Assembly: GCF_018350175.1 (NCBI RefSeq)
Contig: NC_058369.1
Coordinates: forward strand, 15,130,001-15,194,000
Origin: Felis catus
Taxonomy: Eukaryota
DNA: 64,000 nucleotides
Reading direction: 5' to 3'
Every line of letters begins with the position of its first letter. Position 1 is the stretch's first letter. The notes beneath the pieces are model-generated. The model did no database searches. It had not been told where the DNA came from and saw nothing but the letters and a program-made list of their open reading frames with translations. Of this stretch, positions 1-12,971 are shown piece after piece. The translations under genes were made by a program, and so were the position numbers.

Positions 1-1064
1 GGGGAAGGGTGTAAGGCAGTCGCCGGGGCCTTCCCCAGAATCTCCCGCTAGCCAAGTTCTGGGGCCAAGCCCGTCCTCTTTCCGTGGGGGAGGGGAAGCG
101 ATTACAGTTGGCCCTCTTGTGTGCCTGCTGCCCCTCTCCCATAGCCCCCAGGTGCCCCACCTCCTACCATGTGTCCCCACCACCTTGGTCTTACCTCTAC
201 GGCCCCGCCACCTTCCTGCCTGGGCCTCTGCCTGTTCCTGTCCCAGACACCAGACTCTGGCCCCCACAGCCTGCCAGGAATGGGTGTCCCCTCTGGGTCC
301 TCTGCCCCCACCCCCACCCCGATTGTTTCCATCTTTCATCCAGTACTCGATACGACTCCTCGCTGTGGAGGGTGCGGGTCTCTCCTGTGCCAGGCCCTAG
401 GCCACGTCTGCTGTGGTCCCACAGGACCCTCTGACGCTGGGTCAGTGCGTCAGCATCACAGGACCCTCCCTGGAGCAGCCAAAACACTGTGGTGTTTCCA
501 GTGATGGAGAGGAGAGCCACCTCCCGGATGGCAGACTCTGGGGAGATAGGATGTTATTCGTGACCAAGAGGAGGCTTCCCTTATTTCAAATGTGAGCCCA
601 AGAGGCCCATTTTCAGGAGAGGTTTATATGTGGCAATACCTTCTACGGGTCCCTACGGCACTTTTCCCTTCCGGCACTTTTCTCGTATCGCATCACTTGA
701 TCATTGACCTAGAGAGTCAGAGGGACGATTTTGAGATTCATTTCTTTGGGGCTGAACTTCTAAATTCTTTTTGACACTTCAGTTTCCAGATGTTTCTTAC
801 CATCCCAGTTTCCCGAGCCCCACGCTTGGTTTTAATGTTATTCTTTGGGGGAGATCCAGGTTCCCTACATTTTGTAGGTCAGATCAAATTTCCCACTGGA
901 TGGCCGTGAAGCTCCCAGCAGGTATCTCGTACTGCAGAGATACTCCAAGCTTAGTGGCCATAGAGCCAACCTGAGCTTTGCCTGGTAGTCTGCCTTGAGA
1001 AAAGGTCAGACCCTGGGACTGGATTCAAACGCGAGGGGAAGGCAAAGCTATTTCTCTCATTCTT

Positions 1065-1292
1065 AAAAAAAAAAAAATTTTTAGCACTTATTTATTTTAG
1101 AGAGAGATGGAGAGACAGAGCACAAGTGGGGGGTAGAGGAAGAGAGAGAGGGTGGTGACACAGAATCCAAAGCAGGCTCCAGGCTCTGAGCTGTCAGCAC
1201 ACAGCCCGAGGCGGGGCTTGAACTCACAAGCTGCGAGATCATGACCTGAGCCGAAGTCAGACGCTTAACCCACTGAGCCACCCAGGTGCCCC
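1065..1292 (-). mobile_element. CAN-SINE (felid SINEC)
   Basis: Reverse tRNA-derived head, (CT)n and A-tail; 17-bp TSD aaggcaaagctatttct at 1039-1055 and 1293-1309. Confidence 0.95.
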
Positions 1293-1344
1293 AAGGCAAA
1301 GCTATTTCTAAAGACCGGCCCAGAATCTTCACAAAGGAAGATCT

Positions 1345-2277
1345 ATGAATGCCCCGTAATCGCATGAAGAACTGCTCAATCTAATTAGTCATCCAAGAAA
1401 TGCAAATTAAAACCATGATGAGAAAGTGCTATACATCCATTAGAACAGCTAAAAATAGCACCAAATGGTTATCTGGCATCTGGCAACACCAAATGTTGGA
1501 AAAACGCAAACTCATATATTGCTAATGATACTGTTAAAGGATACAAAAATTGGGGCACTTGGAGGCTCAGTCGGTTAAGCGCCTCTGTGCTGACAGTGCG
1601 GAGCCAGCTTGGGATTCTCTCTGTCTCTTTCTCTCAAAATTAATAATAAATCAACTTAAAAAATGACACAGAAACTTTGGAAAAAATGAAATTCTTATAA
1701 ACATAAATATGACTTCCAATTCCACTCTCAGGTATTTACCCAAGAAAAAGGAAAACATATGTCCCATACGTAAATTTTCATGGCGGCTTTTTTTTTTTTC
1801 AACGTTTTTTATTTTATTTTTTGGGACAGAGAGAGACAGAGCATGAACGGGGGAGGGGCAGAGAGAGAGGGAGACACAGAATCGGAAACAGGCTCCAGGC
1901 TCCGAGCCATCAGCCCAGAGCCTGACGCGGGGCTCGAACTCCCGGACCGCGAGATCGTGACCTGGCTGAAGTCGGACGCTTAACCGACTGCGCCACCCAG
2001 GCGCCCCTCACGGTGGCTTTAATAAAGTCACTCAGAACCAGTAATAGCTCCTGTGTCCATCACCTGGAGACTGGTCCGGCCATTCCGGTAGGATGGAATA
2101 CTGCTCAACAATAAAAAGAAACAACACTAGTGAAATGTGTAGAAACATAGTTGAATCTCACAGATGTGCGGAGCGAAAATAGGCATACACAGAAGAGTCC
2201 ACGGTATGATACATTTATATGAAATTCTAGAAAAGGGAAAAACAACCAATGGCAAAAGAGATGGGAAACAGTGGTTC

Positions 2278-2314
<37 letters not shown>

Positions 2315-2480
2315 GGATGCACATGTGGTGGTATGGTTAAGGTTAGAGACACGAGGGCACTTTTTGAGGTGATGGAACTGTTCTGAATCTTCTTAGGGTC
2401 TGGGTTATGTTGGATGCATTTGTCAAAAGGGATTGTATACGTGTGATCTCTTGCATGTACGTTATACCCCAAGCAAAACA
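1345..2480 (+). mobile_element. Old L1 (L1M) ORF2 3' end/3'UTR fragment, interrupted by SINEs at ~1552-1663 (+) and 1788-2007 (-) and (TG)n at 2281-2312
   Basis: catgaagaactgctcaatc...gaaatgcaaattaaaaccatgatgaga and aattccactctcaggtatttacccaag are typical of the L1 ORF2 C-terminal region. Confidence 0.8.
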
Positions 2481-3318
2481 GAACAATACAAACCCCTGTG
2501 CCTTCCATAAGTAAATTAATTACATGTAAGAAATAAAAAAGAGAGGGAGAGAACACATTTTAAAACCTTTTCACCTTTAAATTGGATGCCCAGCATCACT
2601 TACCCTATCCCGATGGAGAAGGCTCATTTTAGTCTTGTAGATATTCTTGTCAATCCTGTTTCACAGAGGAGACAACTGGGGCTTGCCAAGATTAAGTGAC
2701 TTTTGCAGAATGTTGGTTCCAGCCCCCACCCACGTCTGTCTGACTTCATAACCCGTGCGGGCCACACTCCTGGGCTCCCACGCCGGGGGCTGGGCACACA
2801 TACCCCATGGTGCTTGGTGGTGTCCCCGGAGGAAAAATAGCTTTTACTCTTTGATGATAAAGTTAAATAATTTGCATTTTATGAAAACAGTCTGTGGTGT
2901 AGCAAGCAAATGTTGCATACATTTTTAAAAATAAAAGACAATATGTAAAAAATTGCTCCCTTGCAAAAGGTGGTAATTAGGTAACATCAGATGCCCCACA
3001 GTGGAGGGAAGTTCTCCATTGTGGCCCGAGAGGCCTCTGTGGACGGGTTTGAGAACTAATTCGCTGCATCATTATACCATAGTGCCAGTGTGTCTGGCCG
3101 CCAGCTTCTGCCTCTGTTGGCCTGCGCTGCTCGCTGAGCAAGCAGGCTCGAGGGTGATGCTCAGGGTCATGCACACCTGAAAGAGATGTGCTGCCCGCCC
3201 TTGGTGCAGCTCAACACACTGGGTTCCTTGTAATCTACCAGGTAGACAGAGAAAAGGACACAGAGCTTCTAAACATTCTGCATAAAGCTTCGCCAAACTT
3301 TAAGATTATATCGTAGGA

Positions 3319-3733
3319 GGGGCGCCTGGGTGGCTCAGCTGGTGAAGCGTCTGACTTCGGCTCAGGTCACGATCCTGCAGTTCATGAATTCAAGCCCTGC
3401 ATCGTGCTGGCCGCTCAGAGCCTAGAGCCCGCTTCAGATTCTGTGTGTGTCTCTCTCTTCTCCTCCCCTGCTCGCTCTCTCTCTGTCTCTCTCTGTCAAA
3501 AATAAATATTAAACAACAACAACAACAACAAATTTTTAATGTTTATTTATTTTGGGGAGACAGTGAGACAGAGTGAGGGAGGGGCAGAGAGAGAGGCAGA
3601 CCCAGAATCGGAAACAGGCTCCAGGCTCTGAGCTGTCCGCACAGAGCCCGACGTGAGGCTTGAACCCATGAAGTGTGGGATCGTGACCTGGGCCGAAGTC
3701 GGGCGCTTAACCGACTGAGCCACCCAGGCGCCC
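3319..3733. mobile_element. Two CAN-SINEs tail-to-tail (+ 3319-~3532; - ~3533-3733)
   Basis: GGGGCGCCTGGGTGGCTCAG head at 3319 and its reverse complement ending at 3733. Confidence 0.92.
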
Positions 3734-3892
3734 AAAAAAATTTGTTTAAAGATGGTATGGTAGGATTGGGGTGCTTGGCTGGCTTAGTCAGCAGACGACG
3801 TGACTCTTAATCTCAGGATTGCAGTTTCCAGCCCCACGTCGCGTGTAGAGATTCCTTACAACCTGGGAGCTGAGAATAATTTTTGCATTTTT

Positions 3893-4112
3893 TAAAAAAA
3901 TTTTTTTTTCAATGTTTATTCATTTTTCGGACAGAGAGAGACAGAGCATGAACGGGGGAGGGGCAGAGAGAGAGGGAGACACAGAATCGGAAACAGGCTC
4001 CAGGCTCTGAGCCATCAGCCCAGAGCCCGACGCGGGGCTCGAACTCACGGACCGTGAGATCGTGACCTGGCTGAAGTCCGACGCTCAACCGACTGCGCCA
4101 CCCAGGCGCCCC
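3893..4112 (-). mobile_element. Young CAN-SINE (SINEC_Fc-like)
   Basis: Full length; TSD aatttttgcattttt at 3878-3892 and 4113-4127. Confidence 0.95.
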
Positions 4113-4562
4113 AATTTTTGCATTTTTAACAGATGAAAAAAAAAAGAAAAAGAATTTGCGACGTGAAATTTATACGAAATTAACATTTCCGTGTTCATAG
4201 AGTTTTACTGGAATGTAGCCACACTTACCCATTTACATATGATTTATAGTTGCTCTGAGCCTGTGGGACTCCCCTTATACGCAAGCGTTGAACGCCAACA
4301 ACCCTTGAACGCAGAGGTGAAGGCAGGCACCTTACACTTCGTGGGGGAGTGCCAGTGTGACAGAGCCCACAGCCCCTCCCTAGCACAAGTGCAGGACATC
4401 CGGGGGGCAAGGCCAGCCAGCTAGCCAGCCCTCAGCTGAGACAGGCAAAGGCCCGGAGGTCAGCGCACAAGTGGGGTAGGAGTTTGAGGGTTGACAAGCC
4501 GGTCTGAGCTTCACCCGCTCATCCTGCCATTGCTGGGATGAGACTCAGGGGCCAGGTAGGGT

Positions 4563-5013
4563 ATGCAGTGAATCCTGTGGGTGCCTCCGCCCAGATTCCC
4601 TCTGCAGGCCTTCGTCCCTCTCCCCCAGCCGCTGGGAAGGTGGGGTGCTAACACTTCTCAGCTGCTCCCCTTCTCTGGAGAACTGGGCCCGGCTAAGTAG
4701 GAGCTGCCAGGGAGGCTATGCAGCCCCTGTACCTGGACCTTGGCCAAGTGATTGTCTGAAATGGGACCACAGAAGACCAGCCCCAAGTGGGGCAACACTG
4801 TGGAACGATTCCTCTTCCAGAGCTGGTCCAGAGCTGGTTCTAGAGCTGATCAGGCCAAAGCCGACTCCAGCTGAGACCACATCCCTGCTTTCCTCCTTCC
4901 CCTGCCCCATCCCGCTTCCCTCAGTCCCCTCCCCTGGAGGACACCCCTTAATAAATCTTGGGTGTGAGTCTTTCCATCTCAGACTCTGCCTCCAGGGAGC
5001 CCAATCCTAGACA
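4563..5013 (+). mobile_element. ERV-L class LTR (LTR16-like)
   Basis: Ends ...ttaataaatc...catctcagactctgcctccagggagcccaatcctagaca, typical of the LTR16 3' end. A degenerate tRNA-Leu PBS-like sequence (ctgggagtggtgctg) follows at ~5045. Confidence 0.7.
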
Positions 5014-5077
5014 AGATTCACCCCAGAAGACCTTAACACAGTCACTGGGAGTGGTGCTGAATACATTTTGACCCATT

Positions 5078-5122
5078 TATTTATTTATTTTCAAAGTTTA
5101 TTTATTTTTGACAGAGAGACAC

Positions 5123-5165
<43 letters not shown>

Positions 5166-5337
5166 CAGAGCAGGAGTGAGGGAGGGGCAGAGAGAGAGGG
5201 AGACACAGAATCCGAAGCAGGCTCCGGGCTCTGAGCTGTCAGCGCAGAGCCCGATGCGGGGCTTGAACTCACGGACTGAGAGATCAGGACCTGAACTGAA
5301 GTCTGACGCTCACCCGACCGAGCCACCCAGGCGCCCC
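5078..5337 (-). mobile_element. CAN-SINE with expanded (GA)n
   Basis: Reverse head ends at 5337; flanking near-repeat acatt(t/c)tgacccatt. Confidence 0.93.
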
Positions 5338-6409
5338 AACATTCTGACCCATTGATGGTTCCTGTTCGTGGCCGATTCCACCCCCTCCCCCGCCTCTGGC
5401 TCCATCTCAGTCCTCTCCCCGGGTGTTCTGTCTTCAGCCCCCATCCCTGCAGGAGGCCCATCTGTGTATGGCTTTACTTGGCCATGTGGAGCAGCTTTGG
5501 GGGGCAGCATTCTCCAGGAGCAATATCCTTCCTGCTTATCGAATCTCGGAATTCGTTTGCGCTCCAAAGACATCAAGTAAACCCAGACAATACGTGGCGG
5601 GTCTGTGGTTACGACCCGAGGAGATGAATCGCATTGTTCATCCTCTAAAGTTGTGTTCCTTATCAGCCCCATCCGGAAGCTCAGACACAAAGCGGACACA
5701 TTTCTCCAGGAGGGGTGGGAAGTTCGGTCTGGCTTTGACATGTGTCTGCGGATGATAAATTTGGGATGAGAAAGAAAGCAGGCCTCCCCCACCACCATGC
5801 CTACACCCCATCTCCATCAGGCCTTTGGCCCTTGGATACGTTTCAATATCCTGTGCGACCGATTTCTGACCCACCTGTTAGGAACACAGTCTTTATGATT
5901 CATTGGCCCTGAGAAGCCCCTCCATTACCTTCTGCAAAGGCAGGGGACCACCAAAGAACCCCTCAGCAAAGCTCTAAGAAGCAGGCACCCTAGGGCTAGA
6001 ATATGTATAGCAGACGCATTTGGCCATTTGTCAATAAATATTAACCACGGTCGCTTGGTGGGTGCTGGTGTTATTGCCGATACGGAGTCATTTCTCTTGT
6101 GAAGGGTAGTCTCTCATTTTTCTATGGCGCAGGACCTGTAGAATAAAAGTTCTAAAAACAGTTATGTCCGGCACAATCCCATTTTTTAATATTAAATAGT
6201 TAGCCATGGATACAGGTGTACAAAAATAGACAGGAAGTAGGTGCCCCAAAATGCTTGGCGGGGCTTCTCTTGGGGGGGGGGTGGAAAGACGAACTCTCTC
6301 TTCTCTTTCTTGTTTACTTATCGACCTTTCTGATGCTTCTACGACGAATATACATCGTCTGTGTTCAAGCAAGGGTGCAAAGATGATGCTCTGCGGCAAA
6401 GCGTCTTTC

Positions 6410-6479
6410 CTTTTTTGAAAGTTTTTATTTTTTTTTAAAGTCTATTTATTTTGAGAGAGAGCCTGAGTTGGGGAGGGGC

Positions 6480-6516
<37 letters not shown>

Positions 6517-6640
6517 GAGAATCCCAAGCAGGCTCCCCGCACTGTCAGCGCAGAGCCCGACGCGGGGAGCGATCTCATGAACTGCGAAATCGTGACCTGG
6601 GCCGAAATAATCAAGAGTTGGACGCGTAACCGACCGCGTG
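6410..6640 (-). mobile_element. CAN-SINE (diverged)
   Basis: (GA)n, aatcccaagcaggctcc and gtcagcgcagagcccgacgcgggg motifs. Confidence 0.88.
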
Positions 6641-8239
6641 TCCTCAGCGGCACGGAAGCTCAGCCAAGGACTTTAGGAGATAGTTCTGGGAATACTCAGG
6701 CAGTGAGAACACCAGGAAAATGTCCAGGGCGCAGCCAGGAGAGGCCTTGAATTGTCCTGGGGGAGCAGCAGGCATGTGACCAGTCTTCAGAGGACCACAG
6801 GGCATCCCCACCTTCCTCAGAACGCGCTCAGACCCTGTCCTGTCCTGGGTGCGGCAGAAATCACCGAGTGTCAGCACCTGCGTGGGGGCCCCGGGACTCG
6901 GCTGATAGCTGGAAGAGGGGGTGAGAGAAGAAGGTGCTTCTCAGGAGGCAGATAAAGGAGCGGGAGGCTGAGGACGGTAAGGCGTCTGCTGTTAGGGGAG
7001 CCCTTGGCTTTGGAGAAAACCGCAGGGGCCCAGCAGTGACGGACCTGCGAGATGGGGCAGCAGGAAAAATGCCGTTAGTAGAGGGAGTTAGAGCTGATGG
7101 GGGTGGGGGAGTGCAGGCCCAGAGAAGAGTGGGCTCCTGAAAATTTCTGAGAGCTAGGGGACCTGTGTCCTCGGGATAGGAACCCAGGGAAGATGGAGAG
7201 CGGGAGAGTACGTCCCAGAGACCAAGACCTTGCAAGGAAGATCTGGTTGCCCTGGGGGGAGCTGAGTATGAGCCAACTGCACGAAGCAGTTTGCCCTAAG
7301 ACCACAGCCTGAGCAGGGAAGAGCCAGGAACAGAAAGCCATGCCCGGTCCGTGCCTGCCCACGGCGAGTGTAGTGGGGAGCCTGTGCTCTGCTACACTGT
7401 GTGCTCCCCAGCAGTCCTCCCACCCAGAAGGACCAAGTAATGCCCCGGGAGAGATGCCCCACAAGAGGCACAGCAGAGCCAGGAAAGGCCAAGGCGCCCG
7501 CTCCAGAGGATGCGTCTTCCCAGTGTTCCCAAGGGAAGGTTCAGCCATGCACCCAACGTCTGTACTTGTTCTTAACTCTCCCAGTCCTCACAGCTTTAAA
7601 CCTCTTCTCCTAGCTGGGAAATGGATGGTTTCTCCCCAGTGACAGGAGAGAACCGGCCCAGTGAAGACCGACTCCCTTCTTGCCCCCAATGTCACTGAAT
7701 TAGCCATTTCTGCGCAGTGGGGGAGGGGCGGGGCCAGGAGAGAGCAGGTGCCTGCTCTGACCTCTCCCTTCCTTTCTCCCCACTTTAATCCTAACCTTTC
7801 TCCCATCCTGCTCCCTAGATGACTCCTACATCACGGGGATCCAGAGTGTATTTTTGTCCAAATCTTCCAGACTGAATTCTCTGGGGACCCACTTTGCCCA
7901 GACATTGGAACAGCCACCAAGCTGATGACCTCCTTCGCTTGTAAAATCCCTGGGGGGCAGTCTAGCTGTCAGTGTGGGCAGGTGCCACAGGAGGAGAGTC
8001 AGCATGGCACTCCTGGGGTGAACTCTTTGTCTGCCGAGCGAAGTCCCGGAATTCTTCTGGGGGGCCTGTAGGTCACAGTGGTGTTGGGTGGTGCTCGGAT
8101 CAATGCTGTTCCTGGTACCAGATTCTCCTCTCCTCTGGGGACTGGAAACACGATCTCGTGGGCTCCCCTCTCATTGGGTGGGGCCAGATGACTTCTTCCA
8201 GTCAGTAGGGTAGGATGTGACTTCTTGGATGGAGCATTG

Positions 8240-8470
8240 AGTTGCCTGTGTGAGACCCTCCAGAGTTTCCTCCCTCCTAACCAGATGATGGGGCCCTATT
8301 GTCAAGTCAGGGTCACCCTCAACCTGGATCCCTGAGTGATTCCAGTGGGCAGAACCCCTGCCCACTTTGACCGTGTGGCATGAGCAAGGAATACGTTTTT
8401 CTTGTGTTAAGCTGATGAGATGTCGGGACTGCATACTACTGAAATATAACCCGGTGTGTCCTGAGAGATA
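8240..8470 (+). mobile_element. MaLR LTR fragment (MLT1-like)
   Basis: aacctggatccctgagtgat...gtgttaagctgatgagatgtcggg resembles the MLT1 3' half. Confidence 0.55.
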
Positions 8471-8691
8471 CCATCATTTGAGAGAGAAAAGGAACAGGCT
8501 TTCTTCCGACTTGTGAATCTAGGAGGTGCAATGATTAAGCAGGCATTGATTGGAATTAGGGGTTATTTCCCATATCACCCCTGATTGTGGACATTACAGA
8601 ACTACCCAAACGGAAGAGAAAAACTACAGCTGTGTGACCTGTGTAAAAGGAATAGAATGGTAATGATCTGTTCCTCAGATGGTCCTTGTTT

Positions 8692-8899
8692 ATTTTTTAA
8701 TGTTAATTTTTGAGAGAGAGAGAGAAAGAGAGCATGAGCAGACGAGGGGCAGAGACAGAGGGAGACACAGAATCTGAGGCAGGCTCTGGGCTCCGAGCTG
8801 TCAGCACAGAGACCGACGTGCGGCTGGAACTCAAGGAACCGCGAGATCGTGACCTGAGCCGAGGTTGGACGCTTAACCCACTGAGCCACCCAGGCGCCC
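8692..8899 (-). mobile_element. CAN-SINE
   Basis: Full length; TSD gatg(g/t)tccttgttt. Confidence 0.93.
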
Positions 8900-8964
8900 T
8901 GGATGTTCCTTGTTTCTAATGACCAGGTGGCTGGAACGGTTCCACATCTCGTTAAGTACAGTGC

Positions 8965-9400
8965 CCATCACAGGCTGGGTTCCAGGAGAAGCGGGCTGGG
9001 AGCTAGAGATCAGTGGGCAGGATGTTTGTTAGGGAGTGCTCTTGGATTGACAGCTGTGGGAGGCAAGGGATGGGAGGAGGCTGGAACAGCCAGAGGGGAG
9101 AGGCCAAGCCTCAGTGGAGTCTCAGCAGAAGCCTCCGCCAATCCAATCCCGCCAGGAGTTCTGAAGGTGGGAGGACTTCAGAGCTTCCCCTAGAGGGCTG
9201 GATGTTCACGTGGATCAGATGGGTCCCTGGATGTGGTGCCCCAGGAAGGGGGTGTGGCTTTGAGCCGGGTGGCTGTCTTCAGCTGAGGCAGGCCCTAGGG
9301 GAGTCAAGGGTGTTCAGATCCAGGCCAGGGGGGGCTCTCACGATGAACGTGAGGCAACTCAGTAGGGCAGCCCATAGCAGTGGCTGGAGTTTGGACGGTA
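8965..9400 (-). mobile_element. ERV-L class LTR (LTR16-like)
   Basis: gggttccaggagaagc...gtttgttagggagtgctcttggattgacagctgtggg resembles a reversed LTR16. Confidence 0.6.
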
Positions 9401-9807
9401 CACATCCTCTTTACGGGTAAAGTCTCTCTCAAGAGAAGCAAAAATAACTGGGAGTGATGATTTATTCTGGGGGCTTAGCTATGTCACTAGCAGCCCAAGC
9501 TGTCCCCAGGAGGCTTGAAGAATGGGCTGGAATCTGGGGATTGTGGGCATACGCGCACTGGCTGATTGGCCTTTAAATAAAACGCATACGTGGAAGTGTT
9601 TCACTACTGAGACTATGCAAGCGAGACCCCCACAGACCCCACCGCTGTGCCTGCCAGGGCCTGACTTACTTTGCCCAGTGGGCAATCCTCACTAAAAAGG
9701 GACAGGAGGGACCCAGGCTCCATCCTTACTGTGTGGCCTCCTGCTTGGGGCTCTGGCTCTCAGAGAGCCGCCAAAGTCAGCATGAAAAGGAGCCAAGCAG
9801 TCCATCC

Positions 9808-10462
9808 GTTTTTTTTTTTTTTTTAATTTTTTTTTTTAACATTTATTTATTTTTGAGACAGAGAGAGACAGAGCATGAACGGGGGAGGGGCAGAGAGAGA
9901 GGGAGACACAGAATTGGAAGCAGGCTCCAGGCTCTGAGCCATCAGCCCAGAGCCTGACGCGGGGCTCGAACTCACGGACCGCGAGATCGTGACCTGAGCT
10001 GAAGTTGGACGCTCAACCGACTGAGCCACCCAGGCGCCCCCAGTCATCGGTTTTATACATGTATAATATACACATATGTCTACATGCACGTGCAGGCTCT
10101 ATGGGCAATTCTGGAAATTGCCAGAATTACTATTGCCAGACCTTCCTTTAGGAAGGTCTATTGTTGCAGCAATAGATATCAATATTCCAGCCCTGCCCTA
10201 AGAAAGTATTCATTAGGGCCCATCCTATGTATGTATGTATACAGAGTGTGTGCATATATTATACATATATATGCATAGCTTTTACGTGTTTTTATTTATT
10301 TGGAGAGAGACATAGTGTGAGTGGAGGAGGGGCAGAGAGGGAGGGGGACAGAGGGTCCCAAGCTGGCTCCGTGCTGTCATCGCGGAGCCTGATGCGGGCC
10401 TCAAACTCACGAAATTGTGACATCATGACCTAAGCCGAAATCAAGGGCTGGATACTTAACTG
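9808..10462 (-). mobile_element. Two CAN-SINEs (9808-10040 young; ~10288-10462 older)
   Basis: Reverse SINE bodies with poly-T tails. Confidence 0.9.
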
Positions 10463-10580
10463 AAGGTTTAGTCTCAGGCCTGCCTCCACAATCATGTACT
10501 TGTGATTGAAGGCAAAATGCTGAACCTCTTTGACCCTTAGTTTCCATCTTGGGAAAAAGCAGGGAGAGAGAGAGAAAGAG

Positions 10581-10618
<38 letters not shown>

Positions 10619-11021
10619 GCCAGGAATCCTCAATGTGACTTCGAGAATTACAAACACCGTGATTATATGAAAATTGACCAGGGTTAGCAGTTACTGGTTT
10701 TCTCCTGTTAGATACCCCAGGGCTGAAAAAAGAGGGCAACTCGCATACCCCCTTGACTTTGGGGCATAAGAAGATCTGCAGTGACTTGTGAGGCTAATGG
10801 GTTTGCATTACGTTGAACTTCAACATCTGGATCTGGAGTAGGGGAAGGCCGTCACCCTCACCCCCTTCTCTCGTGGCTGGCCTCGGCAAGAGATAGCCCT
10901 GGATCCTGTCCTTCAGATTCCTGTGGAAAAGGGGGAGGGGGTCTCATTTCTTTGACATAATAGATACATCTCAAGATTAGAGGAGGCTACATCTTTCGAA
11001 GGTTCCCTTCCACTAGCATAG

Positions 11022-11205
11022 GGCAGTTCTCAGACTCGAAAGACATCAGGACCCCTTGGGAGTGCTTGTGAAAACACGGATTGCTGGGCCCCACCCAGAG
11101 CTTCTGATTCCGTCGGTCCTGGATGGAGCCCTGATTTAAATCTCTGACCAGTGCTCAGCTGATACTCATGGTGCTGGTCCAGAGACCCCACTTTGAGAAC
11201 TACAG
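11022..11205. mobile_element. MER5A (hAT-Charlie MITE)
   Basis: cagttctcaga...gcttgtgaaaacacggattgctgggccccacccagagcttctgattc...gctggtccagagaccccactttgagaactac, with terminal inverted repeats. Confidence 0.85.
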
Positions 11206-11869
11206 CTCTAGGAGAGCAAGGGAAAGTAGCTTTGGAAATCTTTCTTTAAAAGGCTTTTAAAATGGTTTTTGCGTCAGGCCACTTTAAGGACTTTTCATTT
11301 ATTCTGCTTCTGAAAACTGGGAAGGATCTGAAACCACTGTCCAGCAGTCACCGAGCTTACCTTAGGGGGAAAAAAAAATCTTATTAATGCCAACATAAAG
11401 CCTCAGGTTTGCAAACTAGGTTTTGGAATGTGCTCATATGCTAAGGTTTACACATACGAAAAGGACCTGCTGCCTGCTTTTTAAAGTGAGTCATTTCCGT
11501 GAAGGATAGATACCTGGTTCAGGGGAATGATTGATTTTACCATTTTGGTATTTTACTGGGTGTTTCGCAGATGGTGAGGCAGGGGACAAAAAGGCAAATG
11601 ACAGAAAACCCTGTGTGCCACCATGACAAACATCAATGAGGCTGAGGGGTGGGGTGGGGTGGGGGTGGGTGTTGGCGGGCAGCTGGGGTGGAAGGTGAAA
11701 TGTTAGGGTAACACGGTTAGTTTCCATCTCCCGCCTCTCCCAGCCAGGCCAGCCAGGCAGCAGGAGCCCCTCTCTGACTTTGGAGAGTCCCTCCCTCACA
11801 TTTCAGGGCAACATCTTGTAATTCTTGGATTCCTCTTCCTAGATCAAATGAAGAAAAAAGCTACATACG

Positions 11870-12531
11870 CATCTCTGGAGGAAAATGTCTGTATTAAAAG
11901 CCAAAAAAAAAACCACAGAAGTACAAGAAACGCCCACCAGGCCACGTCACTGGATAGATCGACTTGGAAAAGGTTCATAAAGTTCATTCTCAGCGGTAAC
12001 AATATGTGGGTGTGAAATCCTTCCCATGCCTCCCCCCTCCCCCACCTTTAAATAAATTAAAAAAAAACAAGAAACTTCAAATACTAGGTTTGGATACAAA
12101 GAGCTTCTCTTCCTACAGCAATAGCAATTTGATTTTGTTTTGTTTTGTTTTTTTACTAAAACTTTCATTTAAAACAGTTATTAAATATATAAAACAAATA
12201 CACAGGATTTGGTCATTTTCTGCCATGAATATAGGGCACGTGGGTGCGGGGAGGGAGGGCAGGGGGATGCAACCGAGGGGAAAGGGCCCCATTTCCCTCC
12301 TCCGTCTGCCGTCTGCCGAGCTGCGCGGCTCCCACCTTGCAGCTGCCCCCTCGGAACCAGAAGCGCCGCCCGCGTCCCGCTGGGCCACCCCGCTGGGCCC
12401 CCTCCGGCGGCCCCCTCCCCGGAAGAAGAACTAACGGTCACGACAGCACGAAGCACACCGGCCGAGCCTCCCGGCGGGAAAGGCACCCGAGAGCGCGGAC
12501 ACAGGGCGGGCGCGGGGAGGAGCGGGGCGGG
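11870..12531 (-). other. Probable TMEM158 3'UTR with ARE and candidate variant poly(A) signal
   Basis: U-rich on the minus strand; overlapping AUUUAUUUA at ~12049-12057. AATACA at 11895-11890 is followed by U/GU-rich sequence. A canonical AATAAA occurs further on at 11303-11298. Confidence 0.5.
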
Positions 12532-12937
12532 TCACTTGGCCGCCGCCCCCGAGGTGACGGCCGCGGCGGCGGCGGCGGCGGCGGCGGCCGCGGCCGCGGC
12601 GGCGGCGGTGGTCCCAGCGGGCACGGCGGCGGGGGCGGCGGCGGCGGCGGCGGCGGCGCTGGCGGTGGTCCGGCGCTGCTCCATGCCGTTGGGCAGGAAG
12701 CCGGCGATGATGGGCACCGGCCAGATGAGGGCGGCCACGCTCCACACGACGATGACCAGGGTCATGAAGCAGGCCACCAGCGTGGACTCGATGGGCTTGC
12801 GGTTCAGCCGCCAGCCCGGCTCGCCCTGCAGCTCCTCCAGGCTGAAGTCCAGGCAGCAGAAGTGCAGCGGCTCGCCCTGCAGCCACAGCGGCCCGGGGGG
12901 CTCGGCCGCGGGGTAGGCGGGCAGCGCGGTGGGCGCC

Positions 12938-12971
<34 letters not shown>

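Noticed and set aside
3319..3400. tRNA-like A/B-box sequences at SINE heads
   Set aside because: Part of tRNA-derived SINEs, followed by (CT)n and an A-tail; not tRNA genes.
1..11000. Possible exons of a neighbouring gene (CDCP1 and LARS2 flank TMEM158 in human)
   Set aside because: No ORF here or elsewhere in the window resembles these proteins as far as I can recognise; short exons cannot be excluded without alignment.
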